A stretch of DNA of 64,000 nt, from the NCBI RefSeq assembly GCF_009914755.1, contig NC_060934.1; one strand, 5' to 3'. Shown one piece after another: positions 15,651 through 32,838 of this stretch. The notes beneath the pieces are model-generated. The model saw only the letters and a program-made list of their open reading frames with translations, searched no databases and was not told the origin of the DNA. Position numbers and translations under genes: made by a program. The stretch's first letter is position 1. Every line of letters begins with the position of its first letter. The stretch is from the human T2T-CHM13v2.0 reference genome, Homo sapiens.

Positions 15651-16284
15651 AGGTCTGCATTCCTAATGCTACTTTTGAGCCCGGCAATCTCAGACAATAA
15701 AATTCAGTGCAGCTGGGGCAGATAAGTGCCCCCCTGCTCTCACATTTCTCTTTAGTCTTGGCATCTTCAAGTTAGAACCAGGTCATTATTTTTGTATCAA
15801 TGACATTTCATTATGCCATAAATACTGAGGTGTTAAAAACACCAAAAAAGCCCTAAAAATGCCTAGAAAATTATCCGAAGCATTTACTATTAAGGCTGAT
15901 AAACTTTTTCTTCTCTTTTCAAATATAAATTGATTATAAAGCATATTGAGTGACTTCAAGCTGAAGGTTTTCAGTATCTGGAAAACTGAAATTTAATTGC
16001 AGCCTTCATGTCACCACAGTGCCAGGTGCAGCATAGTGCTCAGGGCCCCACGCACCTTCTAACTTCCATTCCCAAACAGGTCTTCCCTCCTCTCCATTCC
16101 CCAAACCCCAACCATCTCCACCTGCTGACACTGTAGCTTCATCCCCAGATCACTTCAGCTGAAAGTGGTTTTCCTTTTTCTGGATTCCAAGAAGGACTTT
16201 GCTTGCAAAAAATGTTTATTTACTTATTTTTTTTTAAAGGCAACAGAAGTTCCACAATTAATCTTTTCTTGTAAGTAGACTTTA

Positions 16285-16972
<688 letters not shown>

Positions 16973-17059
16973 CTTCCTAATGTGTTGCTCTTTTATGAGT
17001 GAATTACCTTTAATTTGGCCTTATGTTTTCTATGTCTATGTTGTGCTTCTCTTTTATTC

Positions 17060-18280
<1,221 letters not shown>

Positions 18281-18894
18281 CCTGAGTCCTTGAATTCAAG
18301 GTCGTGTGTTGGCCGTCTTTGTATTAGGACATCTAACTCTTGTGTTTGACTTAATGGGATTCAAATTTGCACATGTGTGGTTTTCTGAATGTGGCCTACA
18401 GTTTCACTTGGATCTTCATATTCTTTTTCATCATAATCTGTAAAAGCAGAAAAAAAGACCATTGGAAAGAAATGCTGTATGAAACTTTCTGAAAATGGAT
18501 AGAACCAGAAATGATGCTGACAGGAGTTTTAGAAATGAAAAATAGAGAGTATTCAGACCAAATATAAGTAAATTAGCATAAATCAGCATTCTCTGATTTC
18601 CACGCCTACTTACCCAAGTTGGTTGACTCAACAGCTGCTAAGACTACAGCTGTGTGAATCCTCCACATTTTTTTTTTTTTTGCCTGGAAAAGTGTTTCAG
18701 TTTGTCATTGCTTCATCATTTCGAATTCCATATTAGGTTACCTTTTTTTTTTTTTTTTTGCCTGACCATAGTACTTAAGAAAAATCTTGCAACTGTCCTT
18801 CATTCTGTTGAACCAACTATATCTTATGTTTTCACTTGACATTTTGTTTTAGATCTACTTGGGGCTTTATTTAAATTTTTTTAACATTTAAAAA

Positions 18895-19170
18895 AATTTT
18901 TTTACTTAAATAATGAGGCAGTGTCTCATTATTATCCAGGCTGGACTGCATGGGGCATTCATAGTTCCTGGGCTCAAGCAATCTTCCTGTCTCAGCCTCC
19001 AAAGTAACTAGGACTAACAGCATGTACCACCACATCCAACTAGTTTTTTTCATTTTTTTATAGGGACGGGGTCTCGTTATGTTGCCCAGGCTGGTCTTGA
19101 ACTCCTGGCCTCAAGTGCTCCTCCTACCTTTAAGTGCTGAGATTACAGGCATGAGCCACCAGACCTGACC
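18895..19170 (-). mobile_element. AluJ (diverged)
   Basis: Dimer with internal deletions. Confidence 0.85.
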
Positions 19171-19199
19171 TTGGGGTTTTATTATTTGCCTTCGAGCCC

Positions 19200-20510
19200 C
19201 TTCAGACAGTTCTTCTTGGAGGTTTGGGGAAGGCTTCTGTAAAGAAAACTTCCTTATACCTGTTTGATGATGGTAAAAGGTCCAGGTGGAGAAAGACTTC
19301 CTAGGCAGAAGGAAAAGGAAGTGCAAAGCTATGTAGCCTCTACAAGAGCACATGTGTAGTTTAGGGTGGCTGCATAGGACCTGGGAAGAGAGCTGGGTGA
19401 TGCAGGGCAGATGACTGGCAGGTAATGAAGGTACTTATGGGCTATGCTAAGGAGTATGGAAAATGGGGAGTATTCAAAATTTAGAGCCCAGGGTACAGTG
19501 ATGGGATTGCATTTTTTGACAAAGCTACTTTGACTGCCATGTAAAGAACAAATGGGAGGTGAGGGAGCCTGATTAGAAGGTCCTTGATGATGCAGGCAAA
19601 AGATGATGAAGGTCTCAAAGTTCTTTGAGCCTTGACTGGAACACATTTAGTGTGACGTGTGTTTATAACATAAAATTAAATACGAAAGCAGAAACATTGG
19701 TGATGGAGAGGAGAGCACAAAATTGGGGAGATATTGTAGCCAGGTTGAAAGCTTGTACTGCTCACTGCACAACAGCCAGTAAGTCAAGAGACAAGGAGTT
19801 AGAGTAAGGAAGATGACTTTATTTGGAGAGCCAGCAAACCAAGAAGATGGTGGACTGGTGTCCTAAAGAACCATCTTAAAAGACATGAATCTCAAGCTTC
19901 TTTTTATATTTGGGAAAGGGGAACAAGGAGAGGGTTGAGGTGACAGGTGACCACAGACATCTGAGCATTAGCAGGCGTCCGAGGGTGTTACATTGAATAT
20001 TGCATTGTTACTTGTGTCTATGCCCTTTTTATTTCCTCAGTGGTTAGTTTTGGGAAGGGACTATTATCATCCTTGCTTTAAACTTTAAACTAAATCCCCC
20101 CCATGGTTATCTTGGCTTATGTGTGGGAATGAGCAAAGATAGTCAGCTTGAGCGGTTAGAAGCAAGATGGAGTTAGTTAGCTACGTTATGTTTCTGTAAC
20201 TGTTACGTCTTACTTGTAGGATTACAACATCTACTTGGATGAATGGTGATGTCATTCTAGCATGAGGAGCAGGTGGGATTAGGTTGAGGTTGAATGGGAC
20301 CATAGTTCTGTCAGGACGTGTCATCTTTGTGGAGCCCAGGGGTCATCCATTAAGCAGCTGGGAATACAGTTCTGGGGCTCAGCAGAGACCTCAGCCTGGA
20401 AGAACATGTTTAGAAGTCATCAACATCTCATTAGGAAAGAGAAAGAGATCGCCCAGGAGAGGAAATAGAGCAAGGAGAGAAAATGGTCAACAAGGGAAAC
20501 CATGCTGGGA
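19200..20510 (-). mobile_element. L2 fragments flanking an LTR
   Basis: Antisense L2-like text at ~19200-19650 and ~20230-20510. Confidence 0.6.
19735..20207 (-). mobile_element. Solo ERV1-class LTR (MER31/MER4-group-like)
   Basis: TG start; gagacaaggagtt...ctttattt (minus-strand AATAAA); aagcaagatggagt near the other end. Confidence 0.7.
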
Positions 20511-22017
20511 TTGAGTCTCTGTGGTACCAATGGTCTTACTATTGACGTCAGAGTTAAAAAAGAAGAGAGTTATATTCAAATTCTGGTTGAGTTAGTCTCT
20601 TATTAACATTTCCTGACTCACCAACTGGTAAATGTCCAAGAAAAATATATCTTTTTGTTTTATCAGAAAATATACATGCTATTTGATCACTCTTCAGGCA
20701 TTAACAAATGGTGTCTATGAGAACATTTTAACAAAATGTCCTTTCTACTGTTAATACCCACAGCAACCAACTTGGAAATCAGTCATCATAGAAGATGACT
20801 GCAGGTTCTGGCTTTCCCAAATCACCAATAATTCACACCTTTGTACATGGTTCTGTGCATGATCTGTTCCTAATATTATGCAACACTTGTGAAATCTTTA
20901 GGACTTTAAGTAATTCATCGTTTTGCCCCAAACCTAGACACTACTATAAGAAACCCAACAGGCTACTCTTACCAGCAATAGGGGTTCCTGAACAATATCA
21001 CGGAACAATGAGAAATCCTGCACTCATGAATTCTCTTTACAACCCCAGGTGCTCAAGCATGGTTTTTAAGGGTGACTCCCTGGCCACCTGGTAAGTCTGA
21101 GTGACTTGCGGGCAGCTGTCTTTCTGGAGCGGGAGTTATTCTCTGAAGCCATAGAAAGTGTCAGGGAAGGCTGGATACACATCACGTATGTGCATGAGAA
21201 GTAATACTTTCAACAGCAGCAGCATCTTCCAAGTGATAAAAATAACTCAGCTTTAGTCAGTAGCCCAGAAGCCAAGTGTCCCCTTTCACTGCTTGTTCTC
21301 TGTTGGTATTCTTCAAAGGGACATCGTATCTTTCACAGTTTGGAATGTGATGTTTCTGTTCTCACTGACATAACTGTCTTAGTATCTGCTCCTCCTCTTG
21401 TCATATATTTGGAAGGTCTTCACCTCTTGATCACTTGCATTTTACATTCTACTTGTCTATTGTTCATTCACACGGCAAGAAATGACGGCTACCTGCCGGG
21501 CATTAGTTAGCAAAGCTGCTTATACTCTGATTTCTATTGTTCTCCCAGTTTTTAGACTGTAGCCGTTTAATTACAATGCAGCAGCTTTCACGTCAGTATT
21601 TCTCCTGAAGGTCTTAGTTTATTTTATTCCTCCATCACAGAAGGTTCCTTGAGGTCCTGTATTCTGAAAATAGATGCATTTCTTCCAAAATACTGGATAG
21701 CTTTTAGATTTTTCAAAGTTCTTGGCAAGTCTACTTTTGGAAACCTTGACTGACTTGCGAATATGATTTCTCCTTTTTTCTTAGCTCCGGGTTGAGCTCC
21801 TTCTCAAGAGCTCTTATGTTATAAAGCTTGTGTTCATGAGCAGAGAAGGACTGATAGTGGGTGTTATTAATCATTGAAAGATGTGGCTGTGACTGCTATT
21901 ATTTCCTGTGTTAAGCTTCCCACCAGCAAACCTGGCCAAGTGCTTTGGCGCTGTGGAAACAGCCTTCGTGTACACACTTCTTGACCCTTCACTCCCTTCA
22001 TGCCCTTCTTCCCATCA

Positions 22018-22476
<459 letters not shown>

Positions 22477-23377
22477 TCACTGCCCGAGTCATGGGGTCTC
22501 TGCCTGAGCCATAGAAAGCTTTTGATTTCTGGAGCCACATTGAATGAACTGATTATGTTTAAAATTATAAAAGAAAAATATAGCCTAAGATAATTGAGTG
22601 CAATAAACCAATTTAACTTATTTGTTCTTACGTGTAACAATTGTTGAGTAGGTACCATGGTACCCACTCTATTGCTAAGCTGTGGAAGGAGCCTTGCTTT
22701 GGAATTCTCTCAGCTCCTCTTTCCCATCATTTCCTTAGCTGTGTCCCTTTTCAGCCTCCTGTGCTAACTGATAGCACATGTGTTTCAGAATGGAACCTGG
22801 AAAAGGAATGTGTGCAGCCCTCGTAAGGATATACCGTTCCACATTCCATATGCTGTTAGATAATATGCTGGCTAGACCGTCAACAGTTACCCCAGGAAGG
22901 GGGAATTTGGATTGGAAAGAAATCAAAGGAATTGGAGGTAACATAATGGACTGCAGTTAAACAGTAATAGGGTGGTCTGGACAACTGGACGAAGGCCAGT
23001 TTCTAAATTGCAGGCAATCCCCTCTGCCCTTTTAGAACAAGGCAAGGTCCACTGAATGGAGAAGAAGGCAGGCCATCAGCCTTCTTAGGGTTTAATTCAG
23101 ACACGGGCTCTGAGCTTTGTCTTTTGTTCTCTTTAAAGGAACAAAGCCATTGAATCCAGCCAGAAAAACCTGTGCGTATCCATCATAAACATCCACAAAC
23201 TCTTCTTTAATCTCCCTTGTTATTCTCCCTAAGAAGTAAGGCTCCAACATAAGTTCTTGGTTGCATCTGACAAGTGTCAGCTGATGTCCATGACCCCTTC
23301 GTTTCCTGTGTCCCTTCTACTTGATGCAATGACTGGCATAACGTATTTGTTGGAATGAATGAATGAATGGCATTGGT

Positions 23378-23674
<297 letters not shown>

Positions 23675-23866
23675 GGAAGGAAGGAAGGGAGGGAGGGAGG
23701 GAGGGAAGGAGGGAGAGAGAGAGGAAGGGTGAGTGAGTGGAAGAAAACAATGAAATCCAGTTCTGAGGGTAAGGAGCATGCCATCAATATGATGGGGGAT
23801 GTGATATGGTATGAGGATGGGGTCTTTCAAACTGTATTGTGTAGACCAGTAGACCATGACAAATAG

Positions 23867-23877
23867 GCGCGCGCACG

Positions 23878-23912
<35 letters not shown>

Positions 23913-23913
23913 G
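23867..23913. repeat. (GC)n(AC)n alternating purine-pyrimidine tract
   Basis: 47 uninterrupted alternating bases. Confidence 0.95.
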
Positions 23914-24149
23914 GGCTTCCATGTTCTTACAAATGTTGCACACTATATCTGACTGTGGGATCACAGTGTACGTTTGTATACCAAAGTCTCTGTAAAGACC
24001 TGCAATGAAGTGAACCCCTTTAACCTTTCTTTTACTCAGTGTTCCCCTATTGTATTTGACTGTGGAACCCTCTGCGTCATACCCTTTTACATCCCAGAAC
24101 CCACCGAACACAGTTTCTTCAACATTGGCAGAAATTTACAAAATCATCG

Positions 24150-24350
24150 TAGTCTTGAGTCCAGCTGACCTGAGTGTGAATCAAGGTTTACCACATAGTG
24201 TGTGATCCTGAGCCAAATTAAGTAACCTCTGGTTCCCTCCTTCCTCATCTATATGATGAGGATAATGTGCATCTCCTAAAAGGAGAGAATGAAGGCAGTT
24301 AATGCAGGTAATCCATCTTGCGTGCACCCAGCACAGGGTGGCTCTTCCCT
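24150..24350 (+). mobile_element. MIR
   Basis: tgtgtgatcctgagcc...aacctctggttccctccttcctcatctatatgatgaggataat core. Confidence 0.75.
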
Positions 24351-24749
24351 GGTTAATTTCCACCCTGATGTGTAGAATTTCCCTGCAACACTCTGCTACC
24401 ACAAAGAGGGGCTTCTTAGGATATAACCTATTGTCCTTAAACTTTATGAGCAGTGCAATAATTGTTATTTGCACCTGTAAAATGTGAATAACTGGTCTTT
24501 CTTTTTAAAATACTTTCCCAAAGGAAAATTATGGCAAAGAGATCATGTCCTAACTAGTTTCTCACGTGTTGGTGCTATCACCTCCTGAGTTTTGGCAACG
24601 TTATTTCTCTGCTTTTTTTCTTGACTCCCCTCTAGTTCTTCTAAATTAGATATTAAGCAGGAGAAGTATTTTTAATATCCTGGAAATGTGTTTTATTAAT
24701 CTACCAAACAAATGGCTGTCCAACAACTCCATGAAACAGGAAGAACGGC

Positions 24750-24960
24750 CACTAGCATTCATTTTGCTTTTACCAGGCACCAGGTAGCGCTGTAAACTCT
24801 TTATGTGTGTAATTCATTTCATCTTCACAACAACTCGATGAGGTAAGTGCTATTATCTGCAGTTTGCAGAGAAGGAAACCGAAGCTGGTGGAGTAACATG
24901 CCTAAGGCCACCCTGCCAGGATAAGATGAATGACCACGACTCTGAGTGACTAAAGCCTTA
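24750..24960 (-). mobile_element. MIR
   Basis: aattcatttcatcttcacaacaactcgatgaggtaagtgctattatc...cagagaaggaaaccgaagct. Confidence 0.8.
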
Positions 24961-25247
24961 GGAACAAAGATGAGTTGAAAATGGGAGAGCCACCTGGGGT
25001 AGAACCCCAGAGTTTTTATTTTCTTGCAAAGTTTTAGTAAAACTTTCTCAGTTTTCAGGAAACAAAAGTTATATATTTTAGAGTTTGAAATCACAAATTA
25101 CACACCACTCCCCCATCTCTAGCCTCTACATTTTTAAGCAAGATCAACAGAACCCAGTGGAGTTCCATGGAGTTCAGGGACCTTGCTCCAGGTGTGCCTC
25201 TAACACTCAGTCCCTTTTCCAAGGCAGGGCACATATAATTGAATATA

Positions 25248-25556
25248 GGCTGGGTGTGGTGTCTCATGCCTGTAATCCCAGCACTTTAGGTGGCCGAGGC
25301 ACGTGGATCACTTGAGCCCAGGAGTTGGAGACCAGCCTGGGCAACTTGGTGAAAACCCATCTCTACAAAAAATGCAACAATTAGCCAAGTGTGGTGGTGC
25401 ACACCTGTAGTCCTAGCTATTTGAGAGGCTGAGGTTGGAGGATCACGTGAGCCTGAAGAGGTTGAGGTTGCAGTGAGCCAAGATTGTACCACTGCACTCC
25501 AACCTGGGCAAGAGAGTGAGACCCTGTCTCAAACAAAACAAAACAAAGCAAAAAAA
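25248..25556 (+). mobile_element. AluJ
   Basis: Full dimer. Confidence 0.92.
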
Positions 25557-26835
25557 TGAAGATTGCCAAATATTTAAATGTCAGTTACTATTAATTTAAA
25601 TGTCCATCAGGATTCTCCTTGAAGTCAAAACTGCTGTTTTCCCCAATGCCAGAACTCCTAACAGTGGACCCCAGGCCGTAGGAGGTGATCTAGAATTGCC
25701 CCTGAATTAAAGGCTTTGTGTTCTGCACACGTGATGCAACCTCAGGATCGGACATGTGTTAGTTCCCAGCCTGTGTCCTGTGACACCTTGGAGAACAATC
25801 GAGACTGGTTGATATTTGGAGGGTTAAGCAAAGGACCTTTCTTTTGCCAGCTACTCTGCCGTGGTTGAAGTGTCTTGAGGGTGGTGAACGGGTCCTCGCT
25901 GGGCTTGTCTCTGAGCTGCACACATTGACTTGACACAGGAGTCAAGTAGTAAGTATTGGTTGAAGGAATCAGCGATGTTTGGCTACCCATTGTGTGCTCT
26001 CTAATATTTGCTAGGGATATGGTGATAAGGGAGGAAAAAGACCCAAGGAGTAATGACCGAGCAGCTATGTAAGTGAATCAATGATGTGACCACATTGCTT
26101 TTTCTTAGCCGATAGTTACAGCTCTATGCAACTTTTTCTACTTATTGCTGTAGGTAATCACATTCCAACCCTGAGGACTGCTCCCATGCTGGGCGGTACT
26201 GCAGTGACCTCTGCATTTGAGCTGGGGTTTCTTGTATCTCACGAGGGTCAGGGGCCTGTGGGAACTTTTTGTCATCTGGGGGGACAAAGGCTTTCTTGGG
26301 AAAAAAAAGTCTCCTTTTTATCCTCTGCGGGTGAAAAAGAAGTGCCGTTAGAATAGGAAGGGGCTTCTTGTAGGCTTGAAAAGAGAAGGACTTGGCAGGT
26401 GGCACCTGGGCTTTGTTCAGCAGAACTGAGAGGGCAAGAGTATAGCTGGCTTTTTTGTAAGACTCATGAACTCTGTGGCCCATTGATGAGATGCTCTCTG
26501 CTCTACAAAGTGGACTTTCCTCGAGGTGGAATTTTATTTTCCTCCCTGTGCTGGTGTTAGATTCTCTGGATACATAAGGTGACCCGAGGAGAAGCAGGCA
26601 ATGTCATCACAGTTTATTTGTAGGATCTGGGCTTCCTCCTTCAGAGGAGGTGCCACTCACACCCGAGATGCCTGCTCTCTCCCTGAGCCTTTCAGCACAA
26701 GGGCAGGACGGAGAGGAGCCCAGCTAACGAGGGGCCAGCTCAAAGTCATTCAGGAAAAACAGATATACACAGACATGGCCGGAAGCCTCAATGTGTTTTT
26801 CTACTGCAGGAAGGTTAAAGTGGAACTTCATGTCA

Positions 26836-27460
<625 letters not shown>

Positions 27461-28361
27461 CCCTACATATCTTAAGAGGTATTGGAAGGCCTTAATACAT
27501 GCCAAGCACATAGGACTCAATGAGCAATTCTGTCTCAAAAATAAATAAATAATAGATATTTAAGAATACACTACTATTAAGAACCTCAGATATGGAAGTT
27601 CATGAAAGATACTTTTATTTAATAAGACATGAAGGGAAATTTAGCGTCACTGATGGCATCCTTCTCTCTCCTCACCGCGATCTCTTCCAGTTAACTGCTG
27701 AATGCAAATCAACAGTAGAGCGGGACGTATTTTGCAGTTCAGTTATTGATTTTTAGGGAGCCTGGGTGGGTACCCTTATCTGTGTCTCTTTGAGGACAAT
27801 GACAGGAGCCCTCATTGCCAACAGAGATAACAGTGAGATTGTATTTTTATTTGTTCCACAAACACTGACGTGACAAAGTGCTCTTACTGGTAGGCTTGAG
27901 GAGAGTAGCCTGGCGATTAAATGTTCTTATTTCGAGTGAGCAGCCGGGCTGTGTTCAGAAGAGCCCATTAGCAGAGCACGGGACCCATCAACAGTCCAAT
28001 TAAGAGCAAAGGGATGTGACTGCGGAAATATTAATGGGCTGTGTTGGTAAAGCTGCCCGGGGTTAGCGCCAGATGGAGTTTTTCTGTATACAGTTTGTAG
28101 GAAACTCTTGTGTATTTTCACGCGGGATGTCCTTCTGCAGAGGGGGATGGTTTTAGATAATGACTGTTGTGCTTTTTGGGGATACCACCTGCAGAGATGT
28201 GTTTATTTTGAGTGTTTATAGATTGCAGAAAGCTGGTGAAACCACCTTGAGAGAGGTGATCCTTTGATTGAATGTTTTTTTCATCCAACACCAAAAAATT
28301 ACAGGCCATGATTGGATTTTGGAGCTGATTCTTGCTTTGTAAGACTGCATGGTTTTGGTGA

Positions 28362-28616
<255 letters not shown>

Positions 28617-29173
28617 TGAATGATGAAGTCAACCTTATTTACCCTTGAAAGATGACTTAATCCTTACCAAGAGAGCTTCAAAAATACCTGTTATTCTGTA
28701 CCTTCGTTTAAAAAATAAGTCCTATTGCCTTAACTCCTGTCCAATGCCTACTGTAGCTCTGTTTACATATTACAAAATAAATAGAACCAACCACATGTCT
28801 TTGAAGTACCAGCCCTGTTAGTCCATGGTAAGATTTCTGCCTAAAATTTAAGCATCTTGACAACATGCGGGAGACTTAGGGGCAGAGAAGGACCATTTCT
28901 CAGAAGAATAACCCCTCAGCTCAGCACAGTTGTGTCATCTGTCCAAGGTAGCACTTTAGCAGTTTCCTAAATGAGGGAGGGTATTCATGTGTGTATGCAT
29001 GTATGGTGTCTGTGTGTGCACACGTGTACATGTGCTCACGCATGTTATAACTGTAGAAAACAGGCAGGGGAGCCTGTGATTTGCCTTGTGTTTCTATAAA
29101 CCCCCCTACAGCTTTAACTAATTTCCATGGTTGTTGATGGAGGTTCAGATGTGAAATCTAATGGTATCTGTGA

Positions 29174-29509
<336 letters not shown>

Positions 29510-30131
29510 ACCCATTGTTCATCTAAGAACCTACCCATGTCTTTCGGGAGGCTTTCCATCTTATCTTGTCTTGGTTCAGACAGTCTTCCATGGGACCCAC
29601 TGATACCCTGGAGCATCTCTGGAAGGTTGAAGCGGAGGACAGAGGAGGCATGGAAAAGGTGTGCAGTAATACATAGGAAGCTTCCAAAGAGAAGTGGGTG
29701 CAAGACAGCACAGAAACATGTTCAGTTGCCTCAGCTGCTGATGTTCAAAATACCTGCAGAAAATCAACGCTGCTACACCCAAAAGAAAAGGAAGATGGAA
29801 CTGGGGGCCTAGAGTGAATTTTTTCAAAGGTAAAAAGGAGCCCAAATTTCACAGAATGATCTCCCGCTTCAGAAAGGGAAACCCTCTAAGTACACTATAC
29901 ACTTCCCTGCCTGTTTTCTGGAGAGTGATACCGAGTGTTGGCACTGTCTGCAAGGAAGGAAGTAGGACTTTGACTAATTGCACAAACAGCAATTTTGTGT
30001 TTTTGAAGTGCGAGGACTCAGTCCTGTGTCCACGAAGCCTCCTTCAGGAGGTTACTTCTTGACATAGCCCATCAACCGGACCTCCCGTTGCTAGGTTCTG
30101 AGCCTTAGGGTGCTTTCAAATGCAATATCTA

Positions 30132-30308
30132 GGCCAGGAGTGGTGGCCCACACCTGTAATCCCAGCACTTTGGGAGGCTGAGGCAAGAGGATGGCTTGAG
30201 GCAGGAGGATCGAAGTCAAGGCTGCCGCGAGCTGTGATCGTGCCACTGCATGCTAGCCTAGGCAACAGAGCAAGACCTTGTTTCAAAACAAAACAAGAAA
30301 AAAAAAAT
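30132..30308 (+). mobile_element. Alu monomer (FRAM-like)
   Basis: Single ~160-nt monomer plus A tail. Confidence 0.8.
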
Positions 30309-30844
30309 ATGTGCAGAATCCACTAATGGAAGTCATCATAAATTTGTTGCCAGAATGGGAATGTATCAGTTTATACTTCCTACATTTTGTTTTTTGTGAT
30401 GACTTTAACTTTGGATCATTTTATCAGTGACTGGATGAAAGTTTATCTTTATTTTATCTAATGGGGGGGGGGAATCCAAGGAGCTTTTTAAAGACAGCCA
30501 GTATAATTGATTATAAAGGGTAGTTCCCTGCTAAGCTGAAAATGCTGTCTTCGAACACTTTAGGCATCTGTTTCTACCTAAGAGATGCATTGTGGAGCCC
30601 AGTCTATAGCACCTGCCACTGGTCTTCAATGTGTTCAGTATGTATCCTGATAATATATGAAACATCAGGGTCCGCTCACCTGCTTCAGGTGCTGTGTGTA
30701 CTCCAACAGGTATTCTACAATCCGAGCTGTTCATCAGTTGTTAAATTACTGTGATTTGAGTCCCTTCAAAGTGAGATCCATTGGCAGCAGGAACTGTTAT
30801 ATAGTATTATGTGTGTGTTTAAGGGCAGAGGGATGGTGTTATCT

Positions 30845-30950
30845 AACTGTCCTGTCCCAGTTTGCAGGCATGGAAGGAGTTCCTAGGATGTGTGACTTTC
30901 AATTTTAAAACTGAGAAAGGCCTGGACAAACCAGGATGAGTTGTCAACCT
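30845..30950 (-). mobile_element. MER81-like hAT MITE
   Basis: gtcccagtttgc...tttcaattttaaaactgagaaagg...caaaccaggatgagttgtcaacc. Confidence 0.6.
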
Positions 30951-31811
30951 GCATGGGGGCAATGGATTTGGCCATGAACTTCATCATTTCAAAGTATTAA
31001 GTTGTTGGCATTCTGAATGCCCCTGAACCTATTTTGCATCGTAGAGTGGACTTGTTCCCCAGTGACCCATGTCCACCCCTAGTGGACTCGATCAACTCCT
31101 GACACACCCCTACTAGGAACACGAAAATGGTTGTAGAATGTGTTTCATTGTCCTCATCCACAGATACAGACACTTTGGTGACTCTGTGTTCTATCTGAAT
31201 GGGGGCTGAGACTACAGGATACCCCATCCCATTTCTGTCCTCTGTCCTTCATCCAAGGTGTCACCATTTGTATCTATCAGGAAGGAGGCTTTGCAGCTAA
31301 AATTTAAAATAATAAGAAGAATATATTTCCGAGCCAGAGATTAGATGCCTACATATCTCTTTTGGCCTCAGCATTCTGTGGTCTTCTATGGAGAAAGGCT
31401 AATTTTCTGAAGGCTTTGAATGGAATGAAAACTGCCTGTTCAAATGGTTCTGAGGATACTGAGAGACGCTCAGTGTGTGGTCTTTTTATTTTTAGTAATA
31501 GTGTTGGAAAAAATCAGGTTATGTTTACGCTGAGTGTGTGGGGGGCGCTGGTGAGATTGTGTAGTCTAGAAAAGGCTAGAATTATAAATTATTATAAACG
31601 TTGGCCATGTGGGGAAATTCTTATACCAAAAATACTGCAATGTATGTCAGCCTATAGATTTTCATGTAGTTTCTTGTCCAAAACTGTATATGAGAGCAGA
31701 AATGATTGATTATGTTATGTTCAATGTATACCTAATATCTAGTGCTGATACATAAATAAACCCATCATTTGTGACAAGGGTCTTTTGTCCGCATTTAATT
31801 TTATTTTGTTA

Positions 31812-31955
31812 CTTTTTATTTATTTATTTATTTTTCAGCCAGGGTCCTGCTATGTCGCCCAGGCTGGTCTCAAATTTCCGGACTCAAGCGATTCCCCCAC
31901 CTCAGCCTCCTGAGTAGCTGGGACTGGAGGTGTGCACCACCACACCCAGCTTAAT
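31812..31955 (-). mobile_element. Alu monomer/fragment
   Basis: Single arm with TTTA tail. Confidence 0.8.
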
Positions 31956-32558
31956 TTTATTTTTATGGCCAAATATGACACAGGTGAAAGCCATTACCCA
32001 GACCTTCAAAGGAGTGTCACGATGGGGTTGGCAATGAGGACAAGGGGTGATGAGGAAAATACATTGCTGGAAATCAAGTTGATAATAGGTTTGGTGGAAG
32101 ATCTAAGAAATGTAGTGTGGAACCTCTGAGGTAGGGAAACTGGGAATTCTTTTCTTTAGAATATACATGTATATTGGCATGTATGTAGAATATGCATGTC
32201 TGGAACTCCAGAATACAATCTGGGCTGCAGCCATCAGTGTACAGGTTAAAGGTTCTTAGGCTTTCTCTGTTCACGGCATTCCTGTAGACTAAAAGAAACA
32301 GCTAACAGCTCCGTTTATTAAGTAGTAAAGCCCAAACAACTTAGTAATTATTTATGACCTAACAATTTAGTGGCCAATTGAAAATACAATCACATCAATT
32401 CAAAAGAAAAGATGTATTTTTTCATTTTTAGGTGATGGCTGGTTTTATGCATCAACGTGGGTAGGGCATGGGGCCTAGATATTTGGTCAAACCCCTGACT
32501 GGGTATTGCTGTGAAGGTTTGTTTTTTAGATGAGATTAACATTTAAATAGGTAAGTTT

Positions 32559-32678
32559 TCTGGGTGCAGTGGCTCATGCCTGCAATCCCAGCACTTTGGG
32601 AAGCGGAGGCAGGAAGATCACTTGAGGCTAGGAGTTTGAGACCACCCTGGGCAATATAGCAGAACCTGTCTCTAAATA
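32559..32678 (+). mobile_element. FLAM (left Alu monomer)
   Basis: Single left arm inside MLT2. Confidence 0.8.
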
Positions 32679-32679
32679 A

Positions 32680-32838
32680 TTAGATAGATAATTAGATAGA
32701 GATAGATTAGATTAGAGAGGTAGGTAGGTAGGTAGATGATAGATAGATGGATAGATAGATAGATGGATAGATGGATGTATAGATAGATGAATAGGTAGGT
32801 AGATAGATAGATAGACAGATAGACAGACAGACAGACTG
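32680..32838. repeat. Complex (GATA)/(GGTA)/(GATG)/(GACA) tetranucleotide STR
   Basis: Directly visible. Confidence 0.95.

Noticed and set aside
20402-20412. Isolated RRRCATGYYY p53 half-sites (also ~29713 and ~53236)
   Set aside because: No adjacent second half-site
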